A DNA stretch of 63,765 nt, counting the filler, from Reticulomyxa filosa (taxonomy: Eukaryota; Protista; Foraminifera): assembly GCA_000512085.1 (NCBI GenBank). It is 14 parts of 14 records of this genome, joined end to end, with 100 filler letters (N's around TTAATTAATTAA, not from the genome) between each part and the next. Parts side by side here need not be neighbours in the genome. Positions count along the whole stretch, not along the records: positions 26,763 to 33,197 come from ASPP01024001.1; positions 33,298 to 38,903 come from ASPP01010899.1; positions 39,004 to 50,391 come from ASPP01019656.1; 11 more parts are not named here. One strand, 5' to 3'. Every line of letters begins with the position of its first letter. The stretch's first letter is position 1. A program made the translations under genes and the position numbers. The notes below the pieces were generated by a model. It was given only the letters and a program-made list of their open reading frames with translations. It was not told where the DNA came from and did no database searches. Below are positions 27,260-41,030 of the stretch, one piece after another.

Positions 27260-27565
27260 TATAATGAAGATTGGATATTTCAGCAAGATGATTTTACTAG
27301 AAATTACAGTAAAGGAATGGTTTTTACAAAATGTTATCAAAGTATTGGATTTCTTTTCAAACTTTCCAGACCTGAACTTAATCAAGAATCTGTAGTAATA
27401 ATTAAAACAAAATATACAAAAATGGACCGTTCAGACCAAAGAAGAACTTTGGAAACAATTTGAATTAAAATGTGAAAAAATTGACAAAGAAACATGCACA
27501 AACCTAATAAAACCAATGCCAGCGAATGCAAGCATTATACTAAAAAAATCTTACCACAAAAAATG
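27260..27565 (+). mobile_element. Tc1/mariner-type transposase remnant (C-terminal half of the DDE domain)
   Basis: WIFQQDD, then in a shifted frame VKEWFLQNVIKVLDFFSNFPDLNLIKNL***LK..TKEELW..EKIDKETCTNLIKPMP. This matches Tc1 FQQDN..WPxxSPDLNPIENLW..LIxSMP. Confidence 0.85.
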
Positions 27566-27992
27566 TTCAATTTTTATGCTTTTGAATTAACTTGACTTGC
27601 TTGGAATTGTACAAAAAATGGCAAAAAACCAGTGATAAGTGGAAACAAGTAAAAAGTAGTCGAAAACGATCATGTTTATACAATGCACAAACTTTGAAAA
27701 TAACATTAAATTCTGCAAAAAAAAAAATTTTTCAAATATCTACCATTGAGCACTTTCTGAAAATGTTAAAAAAAAGTTGGCAAATTTCATGGTTACGACA
27801 CAGACACGATCATCAACTTTTTCTCAAAAATTTTCAAAATCAATAAAATATTAAAATTTTTTAAACAATTAGTAAATATATAAAAAAAACCAAAATGATA
27901 TTTAAACACTACACGATTACGCAACAAAAGATTTGCTGTCTTTCCCTAAAAATTTAAGCAAAGTGGGGGACCTTTCAGATCGTTTTTTTTTA

Positions 27993-30296
27993 ATGGATCT
28001 AATTGATAACAAGTCAGGGGAAACTGCAAACATGGACATGTTGACTCTCTTTGAAACTTTAACTCCTTTACCAATTGCGCTTTCTTTAGCTCAATGTGTG
28101 GTGCATAAACACGAAATTCTCATATGCGGTGGTAATAAAAGAAATTGTTTTTCCTATCATACGCACAAGAATCAATACAAGCCCATCTGCTTATATCCAG
28201 ATGATGTTGAATTGTTCGGACATTGTGTGGTGGAGATTCCGAATAACAAAAACAACAACGATACGAACACAATCACTTTGTTATCTTTTGGTGGCCAGAA
28301 AAAACACACATTAATAATGAAATACAGGAGTGTTTGGAGTAATGACGAAAATGGAAGTGTAATCAAAAAAACAGAAAAGCACTACAATGAATGGGTTTCG
28401 TTTACTGATAATGAAAACAAACCAATTTCAATTGGCAAAGCTAAATATAATTATTGTGGAGTTCGTGCGGTAATTGATGGGAGCAACAATCACTTATTAT
28501 TTATCATTTATCCCTCAAATGGTATTGACGTATTTGATTTAAATGCATTACAATATGTGAAATATGATACGTTACCACCAGATTGCGGTACCATATTATT
28601 TCCTTGTTTTATATCAATAAAAGGCGATGAATCAGCAACAAACAATAATACCAAAAAAAAAAATATAAAATGATGTTATTTTGTAAGATGACAGGATTAT
28701 CAATTGAATACGATGAAGAAAAAAATATTTTTCAATACAATAATATCTATGTTTGTACACCACTTAGGCATTTCTATTCTTATGGATATGTGTATACTAA
28801 TGATGTTATATTATTCTTTGGTGGACAACTTTACAATAACCGTGATGCTTATAAATATTCAATAAAGGATAATACATGGATGAAAATTGAACATAACTTA
28901 CCTATTTCACTGCATAATTGCATTGGAATTTTGAATGAAGACAAGAATTTTCTGCATATTATCACATCGTCATTACATATCAAAACGAAAGTGAAGGAAT
29001 GGATAAAAGAAGAATTAACAGAAATAGAGAAGCAATGGATTACAGATGAATATGAAAAAAAAGAGATTGAAGAAATCAAATTAGAGATAGATAGAATGGA
29101 ACAAGAATTTGATATAAATCGGCTAAAAGTTAATTTCCTTTTGAGTACCAAAAAAAAAAATTGTAATATTGATGTGCTTTTAATACTATGTGAATATAAC
29201 TTTAAAAAGAGAAAAAAAGATATTGATCTGGTAATTCGACATTGGACACACGTAGCATCCATCAAAAAGGGATGGATTAGTGATTTCGACAAAATCATTT
29301 CAAAATATATTTTGGTAACATGAATTTGAATTTGTCATTTATCTGTTACACTTGAACATATTTTTTTTGAATATCACACAAAAACAGAGGAAGTATTTCA
29401 AATTAGTACGAATATTTGAAGGACATTCCGAAAGTGTCAACAGTGTAAGCATTTCACCTGATGGTACCAAAATTATTTCTTCTTCATCTGATAAGACCAT
29501 TCGGATATGGGATTTACAATCAGGAAAGGAAATCCACGTATTGAAAGGTCATTTAGATACAATTTGCGATGCACAATTCTCACCAAATGGCAACATGGCC
29601 ATATCATCATCATATGATAAAACACTTCGATTATGGGACGTAAAGTCAGGGATGGAAATACAAAAATTTGAAGGACATTCAGATGTTGTAACAAGTGCGC
29701 ATTTCTCACCAAATGGAAAGATTGTTGCATCTGGGTCATATGATCAAACAATTCGATTATGGGACATCAACTCTGGCCAAGAGATAAATAACATAAAAGG
29801 ACACTCTGAGGCAATACATTGCGTAGTATTTTCGCCTGATGGCAAAAATATTATATCTGTATCTGCAGATAACACAATTAGAATTTGGGACGTGATGTCA
29901 GGTGAAAGATTACATAGCTTAAATATGCACGTAGGTGCTGTACTTAAAGCGAAATTTTCTCCAAAGGGCTGCTCTATCGCATCTTGTTCAGAAGATTGGA
30001 CGGTGAGAATATGGGACGCGGTATCAGGAGCACAAATAAAACGATTACTAGGACATTCTGGTAGTATATGTGATGTGCAGTTCTTTCCAGATGGTCAAAC
30101 TATTGCTTCGTGCTCATCAGACAAGACAATTCTGTTGCGAGACGTGAAATTGGAGGTGGAGATACAGGAACTTAAAGGACATTTAAGAGAGGTAACAGGA
30201 ATAGATGTTTCATCTGATGGCAATATAATCGTGTCCTCTTCTCGTGACAAAACAATTAGAATGTGGAGCCATCACGAAATCGGTACGGTACGTTAA
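27993..30296 (+). CDS. Kelch-repeat + helical box + WD40 (7 repeats) protein, with one 1-nt frame break
   Basis: Kelch-like GG motifs (EILICGG, LLSFGG, ILFFGG), introns 29129-29209 and 29315-29387, and GH..WD repeats. The frame break is at A11 (28653-28663). Confidence 0.85.
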
Positions 30297-30623
30297 AGCA
30301 TCAGTAATACCACAAATAAATGTATGTCCTTATTGAAATATGTTATCCCTAAATACAAACTTTTTTGCTTTTGGAAAATATTTTTTCGTAAATCAATGGC
30401 ATTTATTTTTTAAAATTGAAGTGAAGATGTGAATTATTTATTCTTAAGAGAATGGCTTCTCATTCGAAAGAAGTAAAAAGTGATAGTATAGAATACGGTT
30501 GAGTAATTTAAATATTTGAGAATAGTTTCACAATACAATGAAATTTTTATGAATTTTGCAATTTTGTTAACATTGAAAATATCTGGTTTTTTTTTTTTTT
30601 TTTTTTTCCTAATCACATTTATA

Positions 30624-31722
30624 TCATCTCCATAATCGAATTGTTCCATCTTTAGAAGACGACACAATTGTGCCACCATCTGGAGAAATATCCACTCCTG
30701 TTACATCATTTAAATGTCCAGCTAGTGTTTGTATTTCTAATCCTGATTTTGCATTCCATAATCGAATTGTTTTATCATTTGAACACGATACAATAATTTG
30801 ACCATCTGGTGAGTATCTCACATCATTTGTCCAATCCGAATGCCCTTTTATTCTTTTCATCTCTATTCCTGATTTCACATCCCAGATTTGAATTATTCCA
30901 TATCCTGAACAAGATACAATAAATTGACCATTTGGAGAATATCGTGCCCTTAATATACGAGACGAGCTTCCTGATAGTTCTTTTACTTTGTTCCCTAATC
31001 TCGCATCCAGTATTTCAATTATTGAAGAATGCGAGGATATCACAACTGATTGACCATCTGGTGAAAATTGTACATCAGTTACACTTTTTAAACTATTAGC
31101 TAATTTAACTTTTTCTTTTCCAGAGCTCACACTCCACAATCGAATTGTTTCATCAAATGAAGACGAAATAATTGTCATTCCATCAGGTGAAAATCGGGCA
31201 TTCGTTACGTTGTCTAAATGTCCTCTCAATATTTTTACTTCTTTCCCTGTGTTTGCATTCCATAAACGAATGGTATAGTCTCTCCAAAACGATAAAATTA
31301 ATGTGCCATCTGGTGAAAATTGTGCATCATCTACAAAACGTGCGTTCCCTTTTAATTCTTTTATTACCACTCCTGATGCAATATCCCATATTCGAACGAT
31401 TTTATCCATTGAGGATGTAACAAGCTTGGTGCCATCTGACGAAAATGCTACTTTATAAGATTGTCCCTGGAATAATTTTACTTGAATATAGGCCTTTCCC
31501 TGTTTGGATATTTAAACAAAAGGAGTTATGCTAAAAAAAAAAAAGAATATTCCACTTAACATATTTTGCAACAAGTTTGGTAAAATCAGGAATCCATCCC
31601 CTTTTAATGGGCAAAGTTCTAATCCAATTATCTAATATAATTTTTGCATTTTCTTCGCGCCATTCGAAATGCTTCGATTTAAATTTGTTCAAAATTAAAA
31701 AAAATACTTTGTTAATTTTCAT
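30624..31722 (-). CDS. Helical box + WD40-repeat protein
   Basis: IILDNWIRTLPIKRGWIPDFTKLVAKY, an intron at 31560-31500, then about 7 FSPDG..IRLW repeats. The start codon is uncertain. Confidence 0.82.
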
Positions 31723-33299
31723 AATATTGTGTTTATGTGTGCTCAACTGTTGCTGAATATGTTCGCTGTTGTTTGATTCCACCACTCCCCATTTCGACAG
31801 CAATTTGAATCGCTTTGAACGTAAATTGTGGTTGGATTTGCACTACTTTATTAAAAGCAAGATGCTGAACAAAATGAAATGGGAGCTTCACAAATAAAAT
31901 AAAATCAAGGCTTACTACAGTTTACACACCTTGTTTGTATGTTTTGTTTCTGAGATTGATAAACAATGAAATAATTGATCAAATTTTGCTTAATCTGTTC
32001 ATTTGTACTAATAAATAAGTGGGATTGACATTTTTTGTTTATGTACCCTATACTTAATTATCATCGCTTTTTGTCTTAGGAAGCAGTTCATTGGATAAAT
32101 CTTATGTTTTACTGATTTAAGAGATTTCGTTGTGCAATCATATATAATCGACAGCTAAAAAAAGGCCTTAAAATAAACCTCTATGAACATTCACGTGTTT
32201 TATTTATGAAAAATTTATTCAAAATTCTTTTTAATAACACCTATTCTCCACGGTGCGTAGATATTATCAAAAAAGAATTTTGAATAAATGTTGATTTTTC
32301 GTGAATAAACACTTTCTTTTTTTGCACCGCACGACAACTTTGACAAGTTTGAAAGGTAAATTACGACTTTTTCACTGAGCCTCACTTACAATATCTTTTA
32401 GGTATTCCAGCATGTCACTTTTGTTTGAAACGCAACCGGGCCAAGAGGGTAAATTGAGAAAATCCTCTTTGCGATCTTGGACTTTTTTAGCAAAAAATTT
32501 TTCAGAGTTTTTGTGGATAATATTTGGAGAGAAAATATTGTCAAGAAAATTCTGCACTGAGAGCATTAAAAGTGGTCTTTGTCTCTTTGCATTAGATATG
32601 CAACATGAAGCACATTTTCAGGTCTGAAATTACTTTTTTTTATAAAAAAAAAAGAAAATTGTTTGTATGCGATCGCTCAGTTCCAAGAAGTTGTGCATAT
32701 GCCCGCGGACGGCAACAACAAGAAACAACATAGGAAACTTGTAGGAGGAATGCAAAACAAATCAATGCCAGGAAAAAACGACCTAAAGTGAAGGCATTTG
32801 TGAGATTGTATGGTGATGTAATGAAAGAAGAAAAGTTGAAAAAGAAATTCCAACAAAATGGCGGAAATGTCTCAGTGGATTGAGCAGATCACATCAACAT
32901 TGATGCATCGAGATGTTATTTTGCATGTATTTGTAGACAAATGACGTATACTTTATTCAAGCCTTTTGTTCTAAACACAACAAAAAATATATTGCTGTTA
33001 AAGATTCAGTCACAGAAAATAAAACAGAGCAAGTTTATACAATTTGCTTTTGTGTTCCCAATAATACAGTAAATTGCAAAAAAAACTGCAATAACTAAAT
33101 GGCACTATATGAAGAAAATCGATTTTCTCCATGAAAAATAAAGATTTAAACCTAATTTGTTTTAAAAATATCTACTAATATTGTAGTTTTTAAATATNNN
33201 NNNNNNNNNNNNNNNNNNNNNNNNNNNNNNNNNNNNNNNNNTTAATTAATTAANNNNNNNNNNNNNNNNNNNNNNNNNNNNNNNNNNNNNNNNNNNNTT

Positions 33300-33333
<34 letters not shown>

Positions 33334-33348
33334 GGGGGTGTGCAAAAC

Positions 33349-34474
33349 TTCGTCGAGAATGACAACCCCCCATTCCAACGGCAACAACAGGTCCTCTTTC
33401 AATCTCAACGTCGTGTAAGTGGTAACCAGCACTGACGCACAGAACGTGTGATCGAGATTGGGCTTGGACTGCAACAGCTTGTGGATAAGCACGTCGTCCG
33501 AACACTCGTGTCCTCCCGAGTCGTGCAACAACATAACGCGGAACATGGGCGCCCATTTGTGGAACTCGCGCATCCATTGCTGCAACACCGTGGCTGGACA
33601 CACAATGAGAGTGGGGCCTTCGTACATGCCGGCCATGCGCAAGCACTCGAGGAAGGAGATGACTTGGATAGTCTTGCCCAATCCCATTTCGTCTCCGAGC
33701 AGTCCTCCGATTTTGCAGTGGTACAAATGCCAGAGCCATTGCACGCCTTTTCGTTGGTATTTGAACAGTTGTCGGTACAGCCACGTCCATATTTGGCAGT
33801 CGGGCTCACGCATCTTTTCTTTCTTGTCACGTTTCAACGTCTTCACTCCTAATCCGTCGTCGTAAAAAGGCAATGGGATTTCCGTATCCAATTGCAACAC
33901 GGAGTTACAGTCATTGTCACCTTCACGTTGTTGTTTCATTCGTATTTCCTCAAATGATTTCTATCACACACAAATATACATATATATATATATATATATA
34001 TGTATATGCATATACATATATGTACATATATATATTTATTTATATACATATACATATAATATTTAAACTTTTAAATCTTCAAATGCTTGCAATCGCTGCT
34101 GAAAATGATGATCATCAGCATCGTCGACGCGATGCTGTGTGGGTCGATACTTTGGAACAGAAATGACAGTCGACAGCTGTGTTGGACACTGTGGATGCGA
34201 TTGCAATGCCTTCCTCTTTTTGTTGGGTGGCAGGAACTCGATCGATTCCAAAGACTTGGCTATCACGTCTCCTGACTCTCGTTCACATTCCAATTCCAAA
34301 TCAGACTCATTCTCACGCTTACTTTCTATCGCATCTTCGCGACGCCGCTTTTGTCCCGGCTTGCGCATTTGCTGGTCGCTTTTCTCGTTGGCGCAAACCT
34401 GACACTTGTCTTCTTTCCAATCATTTTGCAAACTGCATCGATCGCAATTCCACGTTTTTATCTCATTACCACTT

Positions 34475-34521
<47 letters not shown>

Positions 34522-35029
34522 GATTTGATTGCTCGTGTAATCGGTAGGTTCCATTGACTCATCCAATTGCTCCAATTTACATGATATTTGTTCTCGATTG
34601 TACAATAATTCGGACAATTTTTTGGACTAATTTGTTTGTTGTCAATATGAACCCAAGGTTGTTTTTTTTGTTTTGTTTTGAGTGTACAATTCACAAACAA
34701 AACAAACAAGATCATTTTGCTTTGCTATCCAATTCTGAATACTTGGAGGGGATTTCGTGTGCTTGTTTTGTTGCTTGGCTTGCAAAACCATCTTACTCAA
34801 CTATATATGCATGTGTGTAATATATATATATATATATTTTTTGATTGACAGAACAAAAAAAGGGACAAACTTTTTTGATTTGGGCTTTCGCGCTATCGAT
34901 CGAGGCTTGAAGTTCTACAAGGTCATGAAGAAGCTGCCGTTTTTTATAGGCTTTTGCTTCTACTACCACTTCGGCTTCCACCTGCGCAGCATTGATTGCT
35001 TCCACATTTAAATTCAAAAAGTTGTCCAT
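33349..35029 (-). CDS. ERCC6: CSB/ERCC6/Rad26 SNF2 helicase, 5' part (truncated by contig end)
   Basis: LFKYQRKGVQWLW..GGLLGDEMGLGKTIQ, LIVCPATVLQQW, FRVMLLHDSG, VTTY and VILDE, plus the CSB-type RVDDADDHHFQQRL. A RanBP2-type finger (WNCDRCSLQN..CQVC) lies in the N-terminus. Confidence 0.85.
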
Positions 35030-35266
35030 CTCAAAATAGGCATTGCCTATTTGACACAAGAAAAAAAAACCCCCTCCCTTCGAACCAAGCCAGTACAAAA
35101 GCGCAAAAGAACTTTGTCGTAACTTTTTTTGTTTGTAATAACCAACAAATGTTTATTTTTCGTAAGACAAAATTGCCAGTTGATTGTCTAAACAAAATTC
35201 GGCAGAGCTTTGAGCAAGTCCCGAAAATTGTTTTTATATATATATTGGGCACCTTTAATCTACGAC

Positions 35267-35610
35267 ATGGGTGTTAAGGTAAGCATGTGCTCCAAATTGT
35301 TTGCTCCATGTGTATCCAATGACAATTTTTGGAATAGGGGAGACTTGGGAAAAGAACAATTATACGTTTGGTGAGCATGGCAAGGACAGGCTTCGTATAC
35401 TTTGCGACCAAAAATCCCCGAACTTCGGTGAAGCCAATCAAAGTGATGAAATATGACCCAATTCTCAATAGACATGTCTTATTCCAAGTTCTGTGAGAAT
35501 TTTTTTGTTGTGTTTTTTTTTTTCTTTTTACACTTGGCTTTTATAATTTTTTTTACAATTTTTTTTTTTACGGATATCATCAAACACAGGAACGCAAATT
35601 CAGACGATAA
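35267..35610 (+). CDS. rpmG: Mitochondrial-type ribosomal protein bL33 (60 aa), 3 exons
   Basis: Exons 35267-35278, 35338-35487 and 35590-35610 give MGVKGRLGKRTIIRLVSMARTGFVYFATKNPRTSVKPIKVMKYDPILNRHVLFQERKFRR. It carries the L33 signature LVSxAxTG..KYDP..HVLFxE. Confidence 0.92.
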
Positions 35611-36293
35611 GATAATGGATCTATTCTCCCACCTGAGTACTGTGCACTGTATCCATGTTACTCAACAATTGAGTAAAAAAAAACAAAAGCAACAAGATAA
35701 CGAGTAAGGTTTTATTGGAGTTTTTTTTCCAATTCCAAGAGGTGGGATTTTATTGCTTTTTTTTTTTCCTTCACACGAATTTTCCGTCAATTGTGGGCCA
35801 AGAGTGGGAAAGCTTCATATAATGGATGCCCGTATAAAACGAAACACTCTATTTTGGCGTTTCATCCCACTCCGTCCTCCAAATGATGAAGGGGATCGTC
35901 CTTTACTTCATACTTTCCTAAAATGATGTTTGCACTATAACTTGCTCCATTTGCTTGTTTTGAATTAACATTGAAAACTTTCAACTCTTTGGGCTAATAC
36001 AATTCAGAATAACATAAACTCACTTTTCTTGCAAAAAAGAAATTCTCTTCAATCAGCAAGTTACTGCAAAGAGATAGCGTAATGATTTTTAAGCAATTGT
36101 TGTACTCAGACAATATTAAGTGTATATGTATGTATAAATATACTTGATTACAAAACAGCAGTACGTTGTAGAGTTTTGTTTGTTTGTAAGCCTCAGAAAA
36201 TGGATACAAACGCTTTCAAAGCAAAGCGTTGACTTTAAGAAAAGAAAAGCAAGAGAAGGGGAGGGGGGGGGGGAAAAAAAAACTAAAACTAAA

Positions 36294-36906
36294 ATGACAT
36301 TACCACCAGAAGAGTTACTACTCTCTTCCCAAAACTCTGATCTGAAGGAGTATCAGCGAGATACAGCGATAGCATTAAATGACTTGCATGTGGAGTTGTT
36401 GACAGATCTGAGAAAGCTGGAACAAGAAATAGAGCATGAGAGAGAGAGCACGCAGGAGGAGAAGAAGGAAGAGGAGCGACGTGTGTCAACAAAAAAGGGA
36501 GGTATGTCAAGCGCAATGCCAGTGGAGGTAATGGATGAAAAGTACCTGAAAAGCGTGGCGGAGCGTATTTCAAAGTGTAAGTCGATATTGGACGGCATGT
36601 CAGGGTTTGAGTTGGACAAGATGGAATCGCTGATGTGGCCAATGGCGACATCGTACTCGCGTGCGACAGATGCGAGTTTATTATACAGCAACTTGGAAAA
36701 GAAGTCTTTTACAGAGCCGAGTCCAAAGGACGTGGAAAAGTGGCAAGCATTGCACCGAAAGATTGCAGGCAACTTTGAACTGTTGTATAAAGGATGGAAC
36801 GAGTTCAATCAATCGGGGTCTTATCTGGACCAAGACAATGACGTCAAAAAAAAAAAAAAAAATGACAGACCACTCTACCACACTTTTGTATCAAACTTTA
36901 ATTACC

Positions 36907-36951
<45 letters not shown>

Positions 36952-37753
36952 TTTGAACCAGTAAGTCTTCCACGTATACGTCGTCGCTACGCGAGCGAAG
37001 AAGACATAGCGAAACTGCTAAAAGAGGATAGCAAGAAAGTCCGAAAACAGGGTCTGTTGATAAAACTTGGGAATGTTCGAAAGAGCTGGAAGCGGCGATT
37101 TTTTCGACTGTACGAAAACGGGAAGTTGTGTTACTACAGTAGCAAAGGTACGTTGCTGAATGAAATCGACCTGCAGTGCTGTCAAGGCGTGAACGTGATC
37201 ATCACGAGCGACAACAACAACCCCGACGCAAACTCGGACAACTCGCACAATGTGGCCACGCCCACACATTTGAAACACCAACACCTGCTCGAAGTGGCCA
37301 CCTTGGGACGCACTTTTGTCCTCAGTTGTCGCAATAAAAGCGAGCAGTTCGAATGGGCAGAAGCGTTGCAACAATTCCAACTCCTCAAAAAAGGGGGGTC
37401 CGACAATAATGACGACACCGCTATCATTACTTTAACTTCGTCCAATGCTTCCAATGTTTCCAATGCCATCAAGTTTGAGTACTTTGTCGAGTTAGGGTAT
37501 CAAGAGTATAGCCAACTGAAAGACAACACGCAAGACTGCTGGAGCAAACTTAGGGAAAACATGGAACACGTCGCTACGCTGCAACTGTGCGACACGCAAA
37601 GACTCAAGTTTCAACCTTTGAAGAGACGTCATGCCACCAACACCACCAACTCCACTAACTCCATTCACACGCTCTCCTTTGTCTTGCAAAAAATTCAAGG
37701 CTTTTTAAAAAAAGATTTGGGCAATATTGTCATTCAAGGGTGGCTATTCAAAG

Positions 37754-37787
<34 letters not shown>

Positions 37788-38340
37788 CTTTTTTTTTTTT
37801 TGAAGTAAATATACAAATATATATATATATATATTTGTATATTTATTTGTAACACACAACAGAGGGGTCAAATAACACGTAAGTGGAATCGACGCTTTGC
37901 TGTACTGCGCAGCTATCGTGTCCTCGAATGGTTTGCGACGAATACGAAATCAAGCTCGTGCTCACGTAGACTTGAACCACTTAATCGGTGTTCGTGATAT
38001 GACCCACCAATTTCAATATAGCGATGCTGTGCACGAGTCTGTGGACAATGTGCCCGACGAAGTCGAAGACATTTCCGAAACTTCCATCGGTGATTCAATG
38101 ACCTCCGACAAAGAGGTCTTCTCTCCCATCAACAAACCCACCTTCATCTTTGAAATCCAAACTCTCGATCGCAAAGTCCAGTTCGGCTGTGAAGACTCTT
38201 CCATCATGAACGAATGGATCGCTGCTGTTCAGCTGCTCGCAAACTATGTGCGCGAAAGAGAGTTTTCCGAAGTTGATGTCACTATTGCACCCACGCAATT
38301 ACAAAAAAATAAAATCAAAATTGATCCTGTCATTTTTTAA
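36294..38340 (+). CDS. Coiled-coil + tandem PH-domain protein, with one 1-nt frame break
   Basis: PH1: KQGLLIKLGNVRKSWKRRFF..EWAEAL. PH2: QGWLFKRGQITRKWNRRFAVL..EWIAAV. Introns 36843-36951 and 37753-37862. A +1 break lies near 37947. Confidence 0.85.
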
Positions 38341-39399
38341 TCACTTTTTTTTTTTTTTTTGTCTTATATTTTGATTTTCTTCTTTTTTTTTTTCGAGCAA
38401 TACGGGCCACCTTTTTTATTTTTTCACTCCCTTTTTTTTTAAGGTGGATCTAGAGAAAATGTAACATTAAAAGTTTTCCTTTTTTTTCCACAAACATGTG
38501 TGTGTGAAATTTTTTTATTTGTTCATTGCATTTTTACATCTCACTTCTTGATTATTTCAACATTTCATAATATTGATGTCTAAACTTTCGTATTTAAAAT
38601 AAAATTCTTACATTAGATATACATTGTTAAACATCTCTTTGCCCAATGAAGCGAAAGAGGAAAAGAAAACACGATGCAAAAAGAAGAAAAAAAAGGTACA
38701 TTTTCCCAATTCGAGTGACGCTCAATGGCCTCAGTTGGCCCATTTCACAGCTACCAATTGTAACATCAGCTTTATGCACAAGTGCTTCACCCTAAAGACA
38801 AAGCAAACAGTAGTCAAAAACTATCATAACTTCACAATGTACAAACTTTGCAAAAAAAATTTCTGTTAACAAAAAATTGAGTTTTCTCAAAAACTACGCA
38901 ACGNNNNNNNNNNNNNNNNNNNNNNNNNNNNNNNNNNNNNNNNNNNNTTAATTAATTAANNNNNNNNNNNNNNNNNNNNNNNNNNNNNNNNNNNNNNNNN
39001 NNNTCTCAATATTATTTCGAGGGTTCTGTAAAAGCCAGGCCTTATTAAAGCACGTCTGCCGTGGCAAAGAGACAAATTCTTCAATTTTCGTGTCATCCAT
39101 TCCTAAAAATAGGTTTACTTTCTTCTTCTTTAATCTATTTTAATGAGATTAACAAGCCTTTTTTAAGGTGAACGACTCTGTACCTGTGCCCCTTCAAAAC
39201 AAACATGAAACGCAGTTTAATTTATAAAAAACCATTATAAAAGAATAATCAGCTAAAATAACTCCTAAATGTCTTATACATACATTACACTAAGCATAGC
39301 ATTGCAAAAAGGATCTTGCTTGTTCAAAATTCAAAGTTGTGAAAGGAATTGTGTCAATTTTTCATTATGAAATATTTGAAAAACCATAGCAATCGATTC

Positions 39400-41030
39400 A
39401 CTATTACAGATCACAGTCATTGTGATTATATAAAAAATAAGACAGCAAGAAACTGTATTGACGGTTTAATGGTAATTTGTTCTCGACAATTCACATGTCA
39501 ATTGTGCTTGCGACAACATAATCAAATGGAAGAAAGAAGTTCGTCTACGTCAATCAATAAAAAAATACAATAACAATGCTGTAAATTTAAAGGAAAATAA
39601 AGACATGAAAGAAGCATTTGGAAGATAATTCTTGTCCATTGAGATCTTTGCAATGTAAATTTAAAGAATCGGTTATCATGATATTTTGCTTCATTCCAAT
39701 TTTAAATAGTATTTGTAATTGCAAATGAAAAAACATTTGGATTTGTCGATAGCCTATATTCATGCAATGCAAAATAAAGTTGTTAATATCAATAGAATGA
39801 AAATAATCAGATTGTAATTTTTTTCATTAAAAAAAAAGGATTATGAATATGGTTGCTTTGATGATATTGGCATCTAAGAGAGAAATAGAACAACTCGAAT
39901 GAAAGCAGAGAACAAGAGACTGCGATCAAAATATCAAAAATGGATATAAGTACTTTTTTGAAAGAGAAAGCAAAATCAAATAAAGTGATATATGAAATGG
40001 ACAAAAAATTACTAAAAAGTAAGATATATTTTTTGTTTGTTTTTTTATTCAAGTAATGAGTGATATTATTAAATATTGGCAAACTGTCTTTAGCTAAATG
40101 GAGCAATTACAAAAGAAATCGAATTAAAACATTATGAAATAAAAAAAAATGGAAAAAGAGAATGAAATTTAAAACAAATTCGAGACAACAATCAAAGTGG
40201 ACAAAAACAAAACAATCAGTGTTATAATTTATCAATACATACTTCTAGACAATTGCCCACAATTAATTTAGATCTATCACGATCCTTCAAATTACTCAAC
40301 ATATTCATTGGATACACAATATTGATTATTCAGCATTTAATGGTGGGCAATATCTTTGTCTGGCCGAACAAGTCAAACTTTTCAATTGATATTCATTCCT
40401 TGTGTTTTGGTTGTAATTTTCATCGTATCATCACTATTGTAATCATCGTTCCGTTGTTTGTTCTGCATCAAAAGATAAAACTATTCCATTTTGTGATTTC
40501 GGAGTCAACAAAGAAATCCAAACACTCAATGGACATACTGATGACATTTGCAGTATTCAATTTTCACCACTTAATACTGGTTGATATTTGTGTTTTGGAT
40601 CAAGTGACAAAATTATTCGTTTGTGGGATATTGAAACAATCAAACAATTCATCTGTTTTCAAAACAAAAATTCAATGAGAAATGTAAAATATTATGTAAT
40701 GAATGGAAATATAATATGTTTTAAATCAGTTGATAAAACAGTTCTTTTATGGGACGCTCGATCCAAAAAACAAACTCGAATATTCAATGGACATATAGAT
40801 TATGTAACTTTTGTTGATCATTCGTCATTTGTAAGTAATGGCAACAATGAAATTGAGATTGATAGGTCACATATCATATGTCCTGGATCACAATTTGTTT
40901 TTGGGATGTTTAGATCGATAAGCAATTATATATGATCAAAGGAAATGGTAACGATTGCGGAATATTATGTTTTTAATTTTCTCAATTGCAAAGTAAATTA
41001 AACGAAAAAACAAAATTGTTGAGTTATTCA
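39400..41030 (+). pseudogene. Decayed TRAF-zinc-finger/coiled-coil/WD40 gene
   Basis: Fragments IDGLMVICSRQF, CKFKGK, SFKLLNIFIG, GSSDKIIRLWDIET and SVDKTVLLWDARS..FNGH occur in multiple frames with stops. Confidence 0.75.

Noticed and set aside
29352-31409. Bacterial (cyanobacterial-style) WD40 contamination
   Set aside because: The repeats look bacterial, but the genes have spliceosomal introns at conserved positions and host-like composition.
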